49,425 bases of DNA from contig CAJWCD010000008.1 in NCBI GenBank assembly GCA_913020725.1, positions 1 through 49,425 of the forward strand. Direction: 5' to 3'. Position 1 is the stretch's first letter; each line of letters begins with the position of its first letter. A model generated the notes under the pieces. That model was not told where the DNA came from and did no database searches. It saw only the letters and a program-made list of their open reading frames with translations. A program made the translations under genes and the position numbers. This DNA is from an uncultured Pseudomonadota bacterium (GTDB lineage Bacteria; SAR324; NAC60-12). Shown here piece by piece: positions 8,027 to 17,022 of the stretch.

Positions 8027-10660
8027 TCAGGTTGCGGCCAACTGTTCGCGGGCAATGTCCGGAGCTGCGGCCAGCGCGTCGGGCAGCTTGTTCAGTGCCT
8101 TTACCCCGGCTTGGGCGAAGTCCGCCTTGCCACCGCCGCGTCCGTTTGCAAGTGCGGCTACGGAGTTGACCAACTTGTTCGCCTGCAAACCTTTGCCGAC
8201 AAGGTCGTCCGTGACCACGCAGATCAGCGAACCCTTGCCGTCCAAATCAGCGGCAAGCCACGCGATTCCGGATTCCAACTGGTCACGGAGGGATTGCGCC
8301 AGCCCGCGTAAGGTTTGCATCGAATCGACCTCCACTTGTTTCGCCAGCACCCGGATGCCGCCGATGTCCTGCGCCTCGTTGACGAGTTCAGAGAGGTTGC
8401 CGAGTGCGGCCTGCTTGCGGATTTGCTGGAGTTCGCGCTCAAGCTGACGCTTTTCCTCCATGAGTTTTTCGACCATCCCCGCAAGCTTTTCGGTAGGGAC
8501 GTTGAGCAGATGCCGGAGTCCCTGCACGACCTGTCCTTCGCTCTGGGCGAGTGCTTCCGCGTGTTTTCCGGTCACGCCTGTGATGCGCCGCACTCCCGCT
8601 GCAATCGCGCTTTCAGAGGTGATGCGGAACTGGCCGATCTGTCCGGTCGCCGGAACATGACAGCCGCCGCAGAGTTCGCGGGAAAACTCGTCGACCTCGA
8701 TGACGCGCACGATGTCCCCGTATTTTTCGCCGAACATCGCCTTGATTCCGGAATCGATGGCATCCTGATAGCCGGTTTCAAAAATGTTCGAGGTGATGTT
8801 CTCGCGTATTTTCGTGTTGACGATGCGCTCGATTTCTAAAAGTTGCGCGTCCGTCACTTTGTCAAAATGCGTGAAATCGAAGCGCAAGTAGTCCGGATGC
8901 ACGATGGAGCCAGCCTGACTGACATGCGTTCCCAGCACCTGTTGCATCGCCCCGTACATCAAGTGTGTGGCAGTGTGGTTGTTGGTGGTATTGAGTCGGA
9001 ATTCGGGGTTGATGACCGCCTGCACCGGGGCGTCGCTGGGGGTGCCGCCGCCGGTGCAGGTGTGGACAATTGCGTCGCCTTGCTTCTGCACGTCAATGAC
9101 CGTCCAGACAGTCTCACCCTGCGTGATCGTGCCCTGATCAGCGACTTGTCCTCCGGATTCGGCGTAGAACGGGGTTTGGTCGAGAATGAGCTGCCAACGA
9201 CCTTTCTCGTCCTGTGCGGAACGCCGGATCACCGACTCCGTTTCAAAAACGCTGTAGCCCACGAACTTGGAATCCGGGCCTGCGGAAACAGCGCTCCAGT
9301 CGGTCAAGGTCATTTGGAATTTCCCGGCTTTGCGGGCACGGGTGCGCTGCTCTTCCATCAGCGTTTCAAAGCTGGGCTCGTCCACGGACAAGCCACGCTC
9401 CTCACACATCAGGCGGGTGAGGTCCACCGGAAACCCGTAGGTGTCATAGAGCTTGAAGGCATCGGCTCCGGAAAGCTGTTGGTCGGATGTGGTTTCCGGC
9501 TTAGCCACCATTTGTGCGAAGATTTCCAGTCCGCGATCCAGAGTTTGCCCGAAGCTGGTTTCTTCGGCTTCGATCACGCCCATGACGTGCCGCTGCTGCT
9601 GGACGATTTCTGGAAAGGCCGCGCCCATCACTTCGCCAAGCGTGGGGACGAGTTTGTGGATGAAGGGTTCGTGCATGCCCAACACGCGACCAAAGCGCGT
9701 GGCGCGGCGCAACATGCGGCGGATGACATAGCCCCGGCCCTCGTTGGACGGAATTGCGCCGTCAGCAATCGCAAAGCTCACCGCCCGCAAGTGATCGGCG
9801 ATCACGCGGTAAGCGACCATGACCTCGCCTCCGGTGTCGGCCTGCCCCGTGACTTCGGCGATCTTGGCCATGATCGGCGTGAAGAGGTCCGTATGGTAGT
9901 TGCCCTCAATTTTTTGCAAGACGCGGCAGACACGCTCTAGCCCCATGCCAGTGTCGACATGCTGTGCGGGCAACGGCTCAAGGTGACGATCCGGAAACCG
10001 CTGATACTGCATGAAGACGAGGTTCCACAACTCGACAAAGCGCCAGCAACCCTCGACGTTGACGGCGCACTCATGCTGTCCGGAAAGCGGACAAGTGCCT
10101 GCACCCAAGTCGATGTGCAATTCTGAGCAGGGACCACAAGGTCCGACTTCGCCCATCTCCCAGAAGTTGTCGTGCTTGTCGCAACGCAGCACCTGCTCCG
10201 GGTTGATTTCCGTGAGGTCGCGCCAAAGACTTTCGGCTTCCTCGTCTGGAGGCACACCATCGCCTCCCTCGAAGACGGTCGCCCAGAGCTTGTCCTTCGG
10301 CAGTCCCCAAACTCCGGTCATCAACTCCCACGCCCAAGTGATCGCGTCCTTCTTGAAGTAGTCTCCAAAGGACCAGTTGCCAAGCATTTCAAAGAAGGTG
10401 TGGTGGAAATTGTCGCGGCCCACATCCTCCAAGTCGTTGTGCTTGCCGCTGGCGCGGATGCACTTCTGCGAGTTCACCGCCCGCTTGTAGTCGCGTGTGC
10501 CTGTGCCGAGGAAAATGTCCTTGAACTGCGCCATCCCGGAATTGGTGAAAAGCAGGGTGGGATCGTCGTTGGGAACGGACGGGGCACTACGGACAAAGCG
10601 ATGCCCACGTTGTTCAAAGAACTCGATGAACTCTTGTCGGATTTGCTGCGAGGTGCGCAT
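8027..10660 (-). CDS. alaS: Alanine--tRNA ligase
   Basis: MRTSQQIRQEF start; DPTLLFTNSGM, HHTFFEMLGNWSFGDYFK, editing HTATH and ELCGGCH, GRGGG at the C-terminus. Confidence 0.99.
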   Translation of the reverse strand: MRTSQQIRQEFIEFFEQRGHRFVRSAPSVPNDDPTLLFTNSGMAQFKDIFLGTGTRDYKRAVNSQKCIRASGKHNDLEDVGRDNFHHTFFEMLGNWSFGDYFKKDAITWAWELMTGVWGLPKDKLWATVFEGGDGVPPDEEAESLWRDLTEINPEQVLRCDKHDNFWEMGEVGPCGPCSELHIDLGAGTCPLSGQHECAVNVEGCWRFVELWNLVFMQYQRFPDRHLEPLPAQHVDTGMGLERVCRVLQKIEGNYHTDLFTPIMAKIAEVTGQADTGGEVMVAYRVIADHLRAVSFAIADGAIPSNEGRGYVIRRMLRRATRFGRVLGMHEPFIHKLVPTLGEVMGAAFPEIVQQQRHVMGVIEAEETSFGQTLDRGLEIFAQMVAKPETTSDQQLSGADAFKLYDTYGFPVDLTRLMCEERGLSVDEPSFETLMEEQRTRARKAGKFQMTLTDWSAVSAGPDSKFVGYSVFETESVIRRSAQDEKGRWQLILDQTPFYAESGGQVADQGTITQGETVWTVIDVQKQGDAIVHTCTGGGTPSDAPVQAVINPEFRLNTTNNHTATHLMYGAMQQVLGTHVSQAGSIVHPDYLRFDFTHFDKVTDAQLLEIERIVNTKIRENITSNIFETGYQDAIDSGIKAMFGEKYGDIVRVIEVDEFSRELCGGCHVPATGQIGQFRITSESAIAAGVRRITGVTGKHAEALAQSEGQVVQGLRHLLNVPTEKLAGMVEKLMEEKRQLERELQQIRKQAALGNLSELVNEAQDIGGIRVLAKQVEVDSMQTLRGLAQSLRDQLESGIAWLAADLDGKGSLICVVTDDLVGKGLQANKLVNSVAALANGRGGGKADFAQAGVKALNKLPDALAAAPDIAREQLAAT

Positions 10661-10759
10661 GGTTCTCGGCGGCTGGAGTGTTTGGGCCAGGATTGGAAAT
10701 CCTGGCATGCAGAGGATGGGAGGGCCGACTCCGGGTGGATGGATGCCGACCCGACACGC

Positions 10760-11374
10760 TTAACCGCGCGCCATGAACTCGACCACAAGTTGGTCTTCCA
10801 CGAGGATCGGAACTTCCTCACGCTCCGGAATGCGTGCCAGCGAACCGGAAAGCTTCTTGGGGTCGCGCTGGATGTAGTCCAACTGTTGCTCGAAGAAGTT
10901 GAACCAGTTCTTGTAGTTCTCAATCTGCTGGCTCTTCTCGCGCAAGGTGATGACGTCGCCAACTCGGACCTCGAAGCTCGGCTTGTTGACCTTCTTGCCG
11001 TTGACCGTGAGGTGGCAGTGGACGACCATCTGCCGGGAGGCCCGCAATGTTCCGGCAAACCCAAGGCGGTACACGACGTTGTCCAGCCGCGTCTCCAGCG
11101 ACTGCACGAGCGCGATGTTGGTTGGGAGCTTGGAGCGCACCGCCTTTTTGTAATAGCGGCGTAGTTGCTTCGAACTCACCCCGTAGAAATACTTGAGCTT
11201 CTGAGTTTCTTGAAGCTGGAGGCCGAAGGGCTTAACTTTGCGGCGCATGTTGGCCCCGTGCTGTCCGGGACGGTTGGGGCGGCGGCTCAGTGTGAGTGCT
11301 GCGCTGGGGCTGCCGATCAGGTTCACCCCGAGGGCGCGACAGGTCTTGTGCTTGAGTGTGGATTTTCCTGGCAT
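10760..11374 (-). CDS. rpsD: 30S ribosomal protein S4
   Basis: QLQETQKLKYFYG, LETRLDNVVYRLGFA, RQMVVHCHLTVNGKKVNKPSF and LVVEFMAR. Confidence 0.97.
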   Translation of the reverse strand: MPGKSTLKHKTCRALGVNLIGSPSAALTLSRRPNRPGQHGANMRRKVKPFGLQLQETQKLKYFYGVSSKQLRRYYKKAVRSKLPTNIALVQSLETRLDNVVYRLGFAGTLRASRQMVVHCHLTVNGKKVNKPSFEVRVGDVITLREKSQQIENYKNWFNFFEQQLDYIQRDPKKLSGSLARIPEREEVPILVEDQLVVEFMARG

Positions 11375-11670
11375 TTTACCGTTTCCAATCAGATGGCATC
11401 TGCGAGGCTTGGAAGGTTACGAATACGGTTCCAGCACTGAGGTTTGTTCGCGAAGGCAGGATGCCATCCCGGAATCCGGGCTCGACTGCGACCTCGCGAA
11501 AGCAATGGCCGGAACCAAAACAAGTTAGTCTAGGGGAATTTGGCTCCGGAGTCAAAGCGAATCGATTTGTCGTGCTGAATCTACCAAGCGTTCTGCGAAT
11601 CCTTGCACCTGTAGGCTTCCGCAGTAAAGTGCTTCTGAGGATACTTCTTCATTTGCTGGTCAGAAAAAAG

Positions 11671-12807
11671 ATGCGCATCTATATTGTTGGCGGAGGGCCC
11701 GGAGGGTTGTACCTCGCACTGCTGCTCAAGCGCAGGCATCCGGATTGGCAGGTGCAAGTGTTTGAACAGAATCCTGCGGGCGCAACCTACGGTTGGGGCG
11801 TGGTGTTTTCCGGACGAGCACTGCGTTTTCTGGAAAATTCGGATCCGGTGTCTTCAGAGGATTTGCGGAAAAATCTGGAGGCGTGGGACGACCTCACGAT
11901 TGTGCATCGGGACGAAGCCATCCGTGTGGATGGCAGCGCCTTTTCCGGAATCGCACGGCTGACGCTGCTGCAAGTGCTGCAAGCCCACTGCCGGGAGGCC
12001 GGGGTGGAGTTGGTGTTCGGAAAGCGAATCGACGTTCCGGAATGTTTGGGCGACTGCGACCTGCTCGTTGGGGCAGACGGAGTCAACAGCAGAGTGCGTG
12101 AAACCCATGCAGAAGTGTTTCAACCCACGGTCACCACTTGCACAAACCGCTACATTTGGTACGGTACAACCCACGTTTTCGACACGCTCTCGCTCATTTT
12201 CCGGGAAAACACAGACGGCGTGTTTGTCGCGCACACCTATCGCTACAGCCCGACACACAGCACCTTCATTGTGGAGTGTGATGCCGAAACCTTTGAGCAG
12301 TCCGGGCTGGGGGAGGTGTCTGAGGCCGAGAGTCGGCGCTACTGCGAGGCCGTGTTTGCTCCGGACCTTGCAGGGAAGCCACTGCTTTCCAACCGCTCAC
12401 AGTGGTTGCAGTTTGGCGTCTTGCGTTGTAAAAACTGGCGAAATGGAAAAACCGTGTTGCTCGGAGACGCAGCCCGCACGGTTCATTTTTCCATCGGCTC
12501 CGGAACGCGCACCGCGCTGGAGGACGCGATCACACTGGCCACCGCGCTGGATAAATACGCCCCGGAGGTTGTTGCTGCACTGGAGGCTTATGAAGCCGAA
12601 CGGCGCCCGACGGCAGATCGGCTACTTGCTGTGGCACAGCGAAGTTTGGAGTGGTATGAACAGTTCCGAGAACACATGCGCCTCGACCCTTGGGCGTTTG
12701 TCCACTCCTACATGGTGCGCGGCGAACGGCTGGGCTTGGATGATCTCCGGAGACGCGCCCCACGCTTTGTAGAAAATTACGAGCAACACCACGGAACCTC
12801 TCCATGA
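11671..12807 (+). CDS. FAD-dependent monooxygenase (salicylyl-/anthraniloyl-CoA monooxygenase N-terminal-like)
   Basis: GGGPGGLY, TYGWGVVFS, GADGVNSRVR and LLGDAARTVHFSIGSGTRTALEDA; start placed at MRIYIVG. Confidence 0.88.
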   Translation: MRIYIVGGGPGGLYLALLLKRRHPDWQVQVFEQNPAGATYGWGVVFSGRALRFLENSDPVSSEDLRKNLEAWDDLTIVHRDEAIRVDGSAFSGIARLTLLQVLQAHCREAGVELVFGKRIDVPECLGDCDLLVGADGVNSRVRETHAEVFQPTVTTCTNRYIWYGTTHVFDTLSLIFRENTDGVFVAHTYRYSPTHSTFIVECDAETFEQSGLGEVSEAESRRYCEAVFAPDLAGKPLLSNRSQWLQFGVLRCKNWRNGKTVLLGDAARTVHFSIGSGTRTALEDAITLATALDKYAPEVVAALEAYEAERRPTADRLLAVAQRSLEWYEQFREHMRLDPWAFVHSYMVRGERLGLDDLRRRAPRFVENYEQHHGTSP

Positions 12808-12985
12808 GCGTCTTCCAGATTCAACTTGCAGGCATAACCTGCCCGACAATACCTCACCAAAAATGGTTCTGGACAGACGCAATTCTTATCAAGAATCACA
12901 ATCATATCGTGCTTTTAAGACAAGCACGGGCAGGATTTTGTGGGATTGCTGGAAAACAGAATCAGGCAGGGATGATTGCCTGGAG

Positions 12986-13732
12986 TCAAATGCAGCGGCC
13001 TCCGTCCACTTCGAGACAGGCACCCGTGATCATGTCCGCTTCGTCAGAACAGAGAAAGAGCGCAGCATTGGCCATGTCTTCCGGTTGACTCAGGCGGCCC
13101 CACGGAATACTTGAAACAAACTGGGCGCGTTTTTCCGGGGTGTCCTCTCCCATGAAGAGGTGAAGCATCCCGGTTTCTCCGGCAACGGGGTTGATCGCAC
13201 AAACGCGGATTTTGTGTGGGGCAAGTTCCACCGCCAGCGCTTTGGTTGCGGTGATCATCGCCCCCTTCGAGGTGTTGTACCAGACCAATCCCGGACGCGG
13301 ACGCACTCCTGCGGTGGAGGCCACATTGAGGATCATACCCCCACCCTGCGCTTTCATCTGTGGAATCGCGTGTTTTGCACCAAGATACACCGATTTCACA
13401 TTGACGGCAAAGATGCGGTCAAATTCGTCTTCGGACACCTCTGTTGCGGGTTTGTTGCGATGCGTGGTTCCAGCGTTGTTCACGAGGATGTCGAGCCGCC
13501 CCCAGTGGTTAACAGCAGCCTGAATCATCACCTCCACGTCCGCGTTTTGGCTGACGTCGGTAACGACGGCGACGGCGTTCTCACCTATTTCGGCGGCAAC
13601 AGCCTGTGCGGTATCAGCGTTGATGTCGGCCACAATGACCTGCGCACCTTCCTCTGCAAAGCGGATGGCGATGCCGCGTCCAAATCCGGAACCAGCTCCG
13701 GTGACGATGGTCACTTTACCTTTGAGTCTCAT
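12986..13732 (-). CDS. Classical SDR family oxidoreductase (FabG-like)
   Basis: TGAGSGFG, NNAG, YNTSK and VDGGRCI. Confidence 0.95.
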   Translation of the reverse strand: MRLKGKVTIVTGAGSGFGRGIAIRFAEEGAQVIVADINADTAQAVAAEIGENAVAVVTDVSQNADVEVMIQAAVNHWGRLDILVNNAGTTHRNKPATEVSEDEFDRIFAVNVKSVYLGAKHAIPQMKAQGGGMILNVASTAGVRPRPGLVWYNTSKGAMITATKALAVELAPHKIRVCAINPVAGETGMLHLFMGEDTPEKRAQFVSSIPWGRLSQPEDMANAALFLCSDEADMITGACLEVDGGRCI

Positions 13733-13733
13733 G

Positions 13734-15179
13734 TTATCCGTGATGAATTGCGATGGTTTTAGTGACGGAGAAGCCGTAGAGCGCCTCGAAGCCCTTCTCG
13801 CGTCCGTGTCCGCTGAGCTTGACTCCGCCGAAAGGAAGTTCGACTCCGCCTCCAGCTCCATAATTGTTGATGAACACTTGTCCAGATTTGAGGCGTTTGG
13901 CCATGCGGAATTGGCGGCTGCCGTCCTTGGTCCAGACTCCGGAAACAAGTCCAAACGCGGTGCCGTTCGCCAGTGCAACCGCTTCGTCCTCGTCCTGGAA
14001 GGGCAGGATTGCCAACACCGGCCCGAACAATTCTTTCTGTGCCACAGCATGATCGGCGGGCACATTGCCTAGCAAACACGGCGCAACATAGTTTCCTCCG
14101 GAAGGCGCGTCGTCCACAATACAGCCCTCGGCGACAAATTCCAGTCCATCCGCCCGCGCTTGTTTGAGGTAACGTTGCAGCCGCGATTTCTGCGCTTGGC
14201 TGACGAGAGGCCCGCAGTCGAGGTCTTGCAAGGCGGGTCCGCTTTGTAGCATCCGGAAGCGTGCGGCGATGCGCTCGGTTAGTTGTTCGCAGATGCAGTT
14301 TTCCACCAGCACTCGGCTGCCAGCAGAGCAGGTTTGTCCAGCGTTTTGAATCGCAGCGTTGACCAAGAAGGGCAGTGCCTTATCGAGATCGGCATCGGCG
14401 AAAACCACCTGCGGGGATTTGCCACCGAGTTCAAGCGTGACTGGAATCGCACGCTGGGCAGCGGCGGTTTGCACAAGCCCACCTACTTCTGGAGAACCTG
14501 TGAAGGAAAAATGCTGAATGCCCGGGTGGTGCAGCAGAGCAGTTCCGGCTTCTTTGCCAAGTCCGGGGACGATGTTCAAGGTCCCTGCTGGAAAGCCCGC
14601 TTCAACGGCAAGTTGTCCGAGGTAGAGTGCCGTTTGGGACGCTTCCTCTCCGGGCTTGAGGACACAGGCGTTGCCCATCGTCAGCGCTCCGCCGATAGTG
14701 CGTCCAATGATCTGCATCGGGTAGTTCCACGGGATGATGTGGCCGGTGACACCATGCGGTTCACGGATGGTCAGAACGGTGTAGCCCTCTAGATATGGAA
14801 TCGTCTCCCCGTGAACCTTGTCCGCTGCACCTCCGTAGAACTCGAAGTAGCGAGCGCACGCACGAGCGTCCACCCTCGCCTGTTTGAGTGGCTTCCCCAC
14901 ATCACGGGCTTCGAGTGCGGCGAGTTGGTCTTCGTGTTGACCGATGAGTTGTCCGAGTTTGGTGAGCAACCGTCCACGCTCCACGGCGGTCAGGCGCCCC
15001 CACTCTCCGTCCAATGCGGATTGCGCCGACTCGACGGCACGGTGGACATCGCCCGCAGTCCCACGGGCGATTTGATCAAACACCTCTCCGGTGCTGGGAT
15101 CAACGACAGGCAGCGTGGCTCCAGAGTCCGGAGTTTCCCACTCGTTTTGTATGAGAATTTTTCCTGAAAAAACGGTCAT
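13734..15179 (-). CDS. Aldehyde dehydrogenase
   Basis: IPWNYP, FTGS, LELGGKSP, NAGQTCSAG, ELFGPV and PFGGVKLSGHGRE. Confidence 0.96.
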   Translation of the reverse strand: MTVFSGKILIQNEWETPDSGATLPVVDPSTGEVFDQIARGTAGDVHRAVESAQSALDGEWGRLTAVERGRLLTKLGQLIGQHEDQLAALEARDVGKPLKQARVDARACARYFEFYGGAADKVHGETIPYLEGYTVLTIREPHGVTGHIIPWNYPMQIIGRTIGGALTMGNACVLKPGEEASQTALYLGQLAVEAGFPAGTLNIVPGLGKEAGTALLHHPGIQHFSFTGSPEVGGLVQTAAAQRAIPVTLELGGKSPQVVFADADLDKALPFLVNAAIQNAGQTCSAGSRVLVENCICEQLTERIAARFRMLQSGPALQDLDCGPLVSQAQKSRLQRYLKQARADGLEFVAEGCIVDDAPSGGNYVAPCLLGNVPADHAVAQKELFGPVLAILPFQDEDEAVALANGTAFGLVSGVWTKDGSRQFRMAKRLKSGQVFINNYGAGGGVELPFGGVKLSGHGREKGFEALYGFSVTKTIAIHHG

Positions 15180-15186
15180 GTGGTCT

Positions 15187-16065
15187 TTATTTTCGGAATG
15201 CTTCAAGCCGAGCCAGCAGGCTGGAGGTGTCCCAGCGGCTACCACCGAGTGCTTGCACTTCGGAGTAGAACTGATCCACCAGTGCGCTGACGGGCAGGTG
15301 GGCCTTGTTGTTGCGGGCTTCGGCAAGGGCGATGCCCAAATCCTTGCGCATCCAATCAACTGCGAATCCATGGTCGAACTTGCCTGCGTCCATCGTCTTG
15401 TAGCGGTTTTCCATCTGCCACGATTGCGCGGCGCCTTTCGAGATGGTTTCGATGACCATGTTCACATCGAGTCCGGCCGCTTTGGCAAAATGAATGCCCT
15501 CCGCAAGCCCTTGCACAAGTCCGGCGATGCAGATTTGGTTGACCATCTTGGTGAGTTGTCCGTATCCGGACGGACCCAGCAACTTCACCATGCGGGCGTA
15601 AGCGTCAATGATTGGTTCGGCTGCGCCAAAAGCGGACTCGTCGCCTCCGCACATGACGGTGAGGAGGCCATTCTCCGCTCCAGCTTGACCTCCGGAAATG
15701 GGCGCGTCAAGCAGTTGGAATCCTTGCTTCGTGGCTTCGGCAGCAAGCTCACGGGCGATGTTGGCGGAGGCGGTGGTGTGATCAACGAACACGCTTCCGG
15801 AGGCCATCGTCTGAAAGGCTCCTTGTGACCCAACCGTCACTTCCCGGAGATCATTGTCATTGCCCACGCAGGCCATCACAAAGCGTTGACCCTGCGCGGC
15901 TTCTGCCGGGGTTTTCCCAAAACTTCCACCATATTCCGCGACCCATTTTTCCGCTTTGGCGGTGGTGCGGTTGTACACCGTGACCGTGTGTCCTGCCTTG
16001 GCGAGGTGTCCGGCCATCGGGTAGCCCATCACGCCGAGTCCGAGGAACGCAATCTTTTCTCCCAT
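15187..16065 (-). CDS. 3-hydroxyisobutyrate dehydrogenase family NAD(P) oxidoreductase
   Basis: FLGLGVMGYPMA, DAPISGG, KMVNQ and KDLG. Confidence 0.93.
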   Translation of the reverse strand: MGEKIAFLGLGVMGYPMAGHLAKAGHTVTVYNRTTAKAEKWVAEYGGSFGKTPAEAAQGQRFVMACVGNDNDLREVTVGSQGAFQTMASGSVFVDHTTASANIARELAAEATKQGFQLLDAPISGGQAGAENGLLTVMCGGDESAFGAAEPIIDAYARMVKLLGPSGYGQLTKMVNQICIAGLVQGLAEGIHFAKAAGLDVNMVIETISKGAAQSWQMENRYKTMDAGKFDHGFAVDWMRKDLGIALAEARNNKAHLPVSALVDQFYSEVQALGGSRWDTSSLLARLEAFRK

Positions 16066-16284
16066 CTCAAAAATCCTGTGTGTGGTTTGCAAAACGCCAA
16101 GTTTAGCTTGCACGGAGGACATTACAAGCCAAGCCTGAGATTGCGGGGAAGGGAGCCTTTTGTAGAGGGATGTGCCAGAATGCTGGAATTGGCTGGAATT
16201 GGCTGGACTTTCGGGGCAGTTCGTTGCAATCTTGACCGTTTCATTGCCTTAATTCTTTAACTGAAAAATCCAGACAAACGGGTC

Positions 16285-17022
16285 ATGGGGCAGCAGGAAA
16301 GGGTGGCAGACGCGGTGATCGCCGCCGCCGGACAGGGAAAGCGCGTGGGGGCTAGGCGTAACAAGCTCCTGCTTGCTCTCGGGGACAGGAGCGTTTTGGA
16401 GCGCACCATTGAGGTGTTCCGGACGCATTCACGCATTCGTCGCATCTGGCTGGTGGTGTCACCACAGGATCGCGATGAGATCGAAACTCTAACGGCTGGA
16501 ATGGACATCACTCTTGTGAACGGAGGAATCCGGAGACAGGATTCGGTGCATTGTGCGCTCACGCAACTCCGTGAATCCGAGGCACCTACGCATGTGCTGA
16601 TTCAGGATGGCGCACGTCCCTTCACCACGCACGACTTGATTGACCGTATTCTCGATGCCTGTTTTGAGCATGGCGCCGCAATTCCGGGGGTGCCGTTGAC
16701 GGACACCATCCGACGGATCCGGGAAGGAACAACCGAAGTGATTGACCGCTCCAAACTGATCGCCGTGCAGACGCCGCAGGGTTTCCAACTGGACTGGCTC
16801 TGGAACGCTTCGCAGCAGGCGCAAGCACAGGACGGCTCCGTGACCGATGATGCCAGCCTGCTGGAAAACGCCGGGCATCGAGTTCACTGCGTTCCGGGAG
16901 ACCCCGACAACCGCAAGCTCACCATCCCAGAGGATTTCGAGTGGGCAAGGCGGCTTCTCGTCCAAGTCCATCCAGCAACGTTTTCCTCTCGTTCCGCACT
17001 CTCCATGCCGCTCCATGCCTGA
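16285..17022 (+). CDS. ispD: 2-C-methyl-D-erythritol 4-phosphate cytidylyltransferase
   Basis: AAAGQGKR, GGIRRQDSV, QDGARP, VQTPQGF, TDDASL and KLTIPED. Confidence 0.95.
   Translation: MGQQERVADAVIAAAGQGKRVGARRNKLLLALGDRSVLERTIEVFRTHSRIRRIWLVVSPQDRDEIETLTAGMDITLVNGGIRRQDSVHCALTQLRESEAPTHVLIQDGARPFTTHDLIDRILDACFEHGAAIPGVPLTDTIRRIREGTTEVIDRSKLIAVQTPQGFQLDWLWNASQQAQAQDGSVTDDASLLENAGHRVHCVPGDPDNRKLTIPEDFEWARRLLVQVHPATFSSRSALSMPLHA

Noticed and set aside
8843..11164. Long antisense ORFs (365 and 330 aa) and similar shadows over trpB, oplA and the transposase
   Set aside because: Antisense shadows of GC-rich genes, with no recognisable motifs.
12808..12985. Small inverted repeats and a 94-aa ORF between convergent genes
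   Set aside because: Stems are short and imperfect and the ORF is not protein-like; at most terminator-type structure.
16182..16207. GCTGGAATTG tandem repeat (~2.6 copies) in the ispD divergent region
   Set aside because: Short; could be an operator, but nothing supports a function.
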